Notes under the pieces: generated by a model
What the model saw: the letters and a program-made list of their open reading frames with translations, nothing else
Database searches by the model: none
What the model was told of the DNA's origin: nothing
Source of the DNA: Hydrolagus affinis
Taxonomy: Eukaryota
Assembly (NCBI GenBank): GCA_012026655.1
Contig: JAAILG010000605.1
Coordinates: 1-64,000 of the forward strand
DNA length: 64,000 bases
Direction: 5' to 3'
Shown: positions 62,513 through 64,000 of the stretch, one piece after another
How the letters are laid out: each line of letters begins with the position of its first letter
How positions within the stretch are numbered: position 1 is the first letter of the stretch
Position numbers and translations under genes: made by a program

Positions 62513-64000
62513 ACACCCATTGTTAATCAGTCTAGAGATTTGCTGTGCATGAAATCAGATGCTAGTTTCTGTGGAACATTGTTTTGGGACAGGAAGAGAA
62601 TGAACAAAGCTTATCACAATTAGCAGATTCAAAGCAACCACAGAATCTGGACCTGCAGCTGCTTAATTGGAAAGTCCTTCCTCTCAGGGATAGAATACTG
62701 TGCCAAGGTTGGTATTTTTCTTTTGATTAAGCTCTTCATTGCTTCACTTTTTTTTAATAATATGGCAGATAAACATGTGAAATGCTTGGGGATTACAGCA
62801 GAACATTCCAAAACAGATCAAAACAGCAATAAAGAAAAACAATTTAAATACTCATAAAGGCGGATTACATTTTGTATGAATGAAATTCCTTAATTAACAT
62901 AATCCATCAATACGAACCTCATGAATTTACAATAAAAAGAAACAGTGAGGCTACACAATAGAAAAGTATTAACTGCATGACCAGTTTAGACATAAAAGGA
63001 GGTATTTTTGAACATCTATCCTTAGGCCACTCATTTTTATTTGCTGCAGTACTGGAATTTCCGCCTAGTAATGAACATAATGAAAAAGATCCAGATTAAT
63101 TCAGGCCCTTGGAGCAACACTGCGCTGTTTTGGATGCATCTCAGCAATGTTTCCCACTCCACAACAACAACAAAATTATATTTGTAGAGTGCCTTTGATG
63201 TCGAGAGGACGTTCCAAGGCGCTGACGTCCTCATCAATTCCTTCTTTGGTTAATTACTGACTTTGTTGGTACCTGAAATTTCCAGTCTTGATCATCAACC
63301 AGTAAACACATTTGGCAATGTGTTTGTCTGCGTAGACAGATGTACACATGTGCAGAATATGAGGCACCCATTTGGCCTATACTGTATTTTCCCAACGGCC
63401 TGAAGTAGTAACCAAAACCCTTTTCTACACAATAGGTTTTGGAGAAACATTCCACACACAAGACTCACAAGACCAATATATTACAGCCTCTGAGAGATTA
63501 TTAAAGATTGGCAAAATACTGCTCACACAGTTCAACTCTCAAACCAGACAGAGTTAGGCATTATTTTAAAGTTATTCATATAACTGCATTTCTGGGAAAA
63601 ATACTTGTGTCAATTGGCAATTGACTTTAAAATTTAAGTCATTGAAGTCTGGCTAGAATAGAACAGAAGGAGCCAAGGCCTGAGCTAGCCATCCACCGCT
63701 GGGGTTGATATTTTCTTACTAAAGCAGAGCACTGTAATGGAGTGTGCTTACAGTAGCACAATGACTCTTTAAAACGTGAATGACATCATTCCTGTTCTGG
63801 CACTCGCATTTGCTTAGCCAAGTGTAAATCCTGGCTAACTGCATTACATCATGCATGGACTCTGTTCCTCTACTACTCTCAAGAGTGAAACTAAACCTTA
63901 GTGAAGCTTATTGGAAGGCTTCAACCCAAAAGTACGTTACATTTATTGTACTGCTGAACTGCATGCAGCATTTACTCAGTACGTGTCTAACACCATAAAC

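Noticed and set aside
63037-63237. Hydrophobic ORF considered as the penultimate CERS3 exon
   Set aside because: It lacks the expected YFFN..L..LQ.L...W TLC motif and partly overlaps an L2 tail.

Overview
AT-rich vertebrate genomic DNA. The tRNA-headed SINEs with L2-type tails, CR1 fragments and L2 fragments point to a cartilaginous fish, possibly a holocephalan such as Callorhinchus; the species is an inference. Two genes lie on the minus strand. ADAMTS17 contributes coding exons 1-8 (ATG at 46991). These splice with GT-AG boundaries into one open frame of 1217 nt covering the signal peptide, prodomain and metalloprotease domain up to HELGH(N), and the gene continues off the left edge. The last coding exon of CERS3 (60060-60188) lies upstream, giving the same CERS3-to-ADAMTS17 order as in human. 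The rest is intronic or intergenic sequence full of SINE/LINE remnants, microsatellites and local duplications. Nearly all ORFs in the supplied track are spurious. I found no convincing new multi-gene system. The best leads are: inverted SINE copies bracketing the 44-nt exon 7, a covarying 3' hairpin shared by three retroposon tail types, nested tail-into-tail insertions, a CR1 end sitting in the exon 6 branch-point zone, a five-CCAAT promoter, and an unexplained 119-bp intronic duplication.
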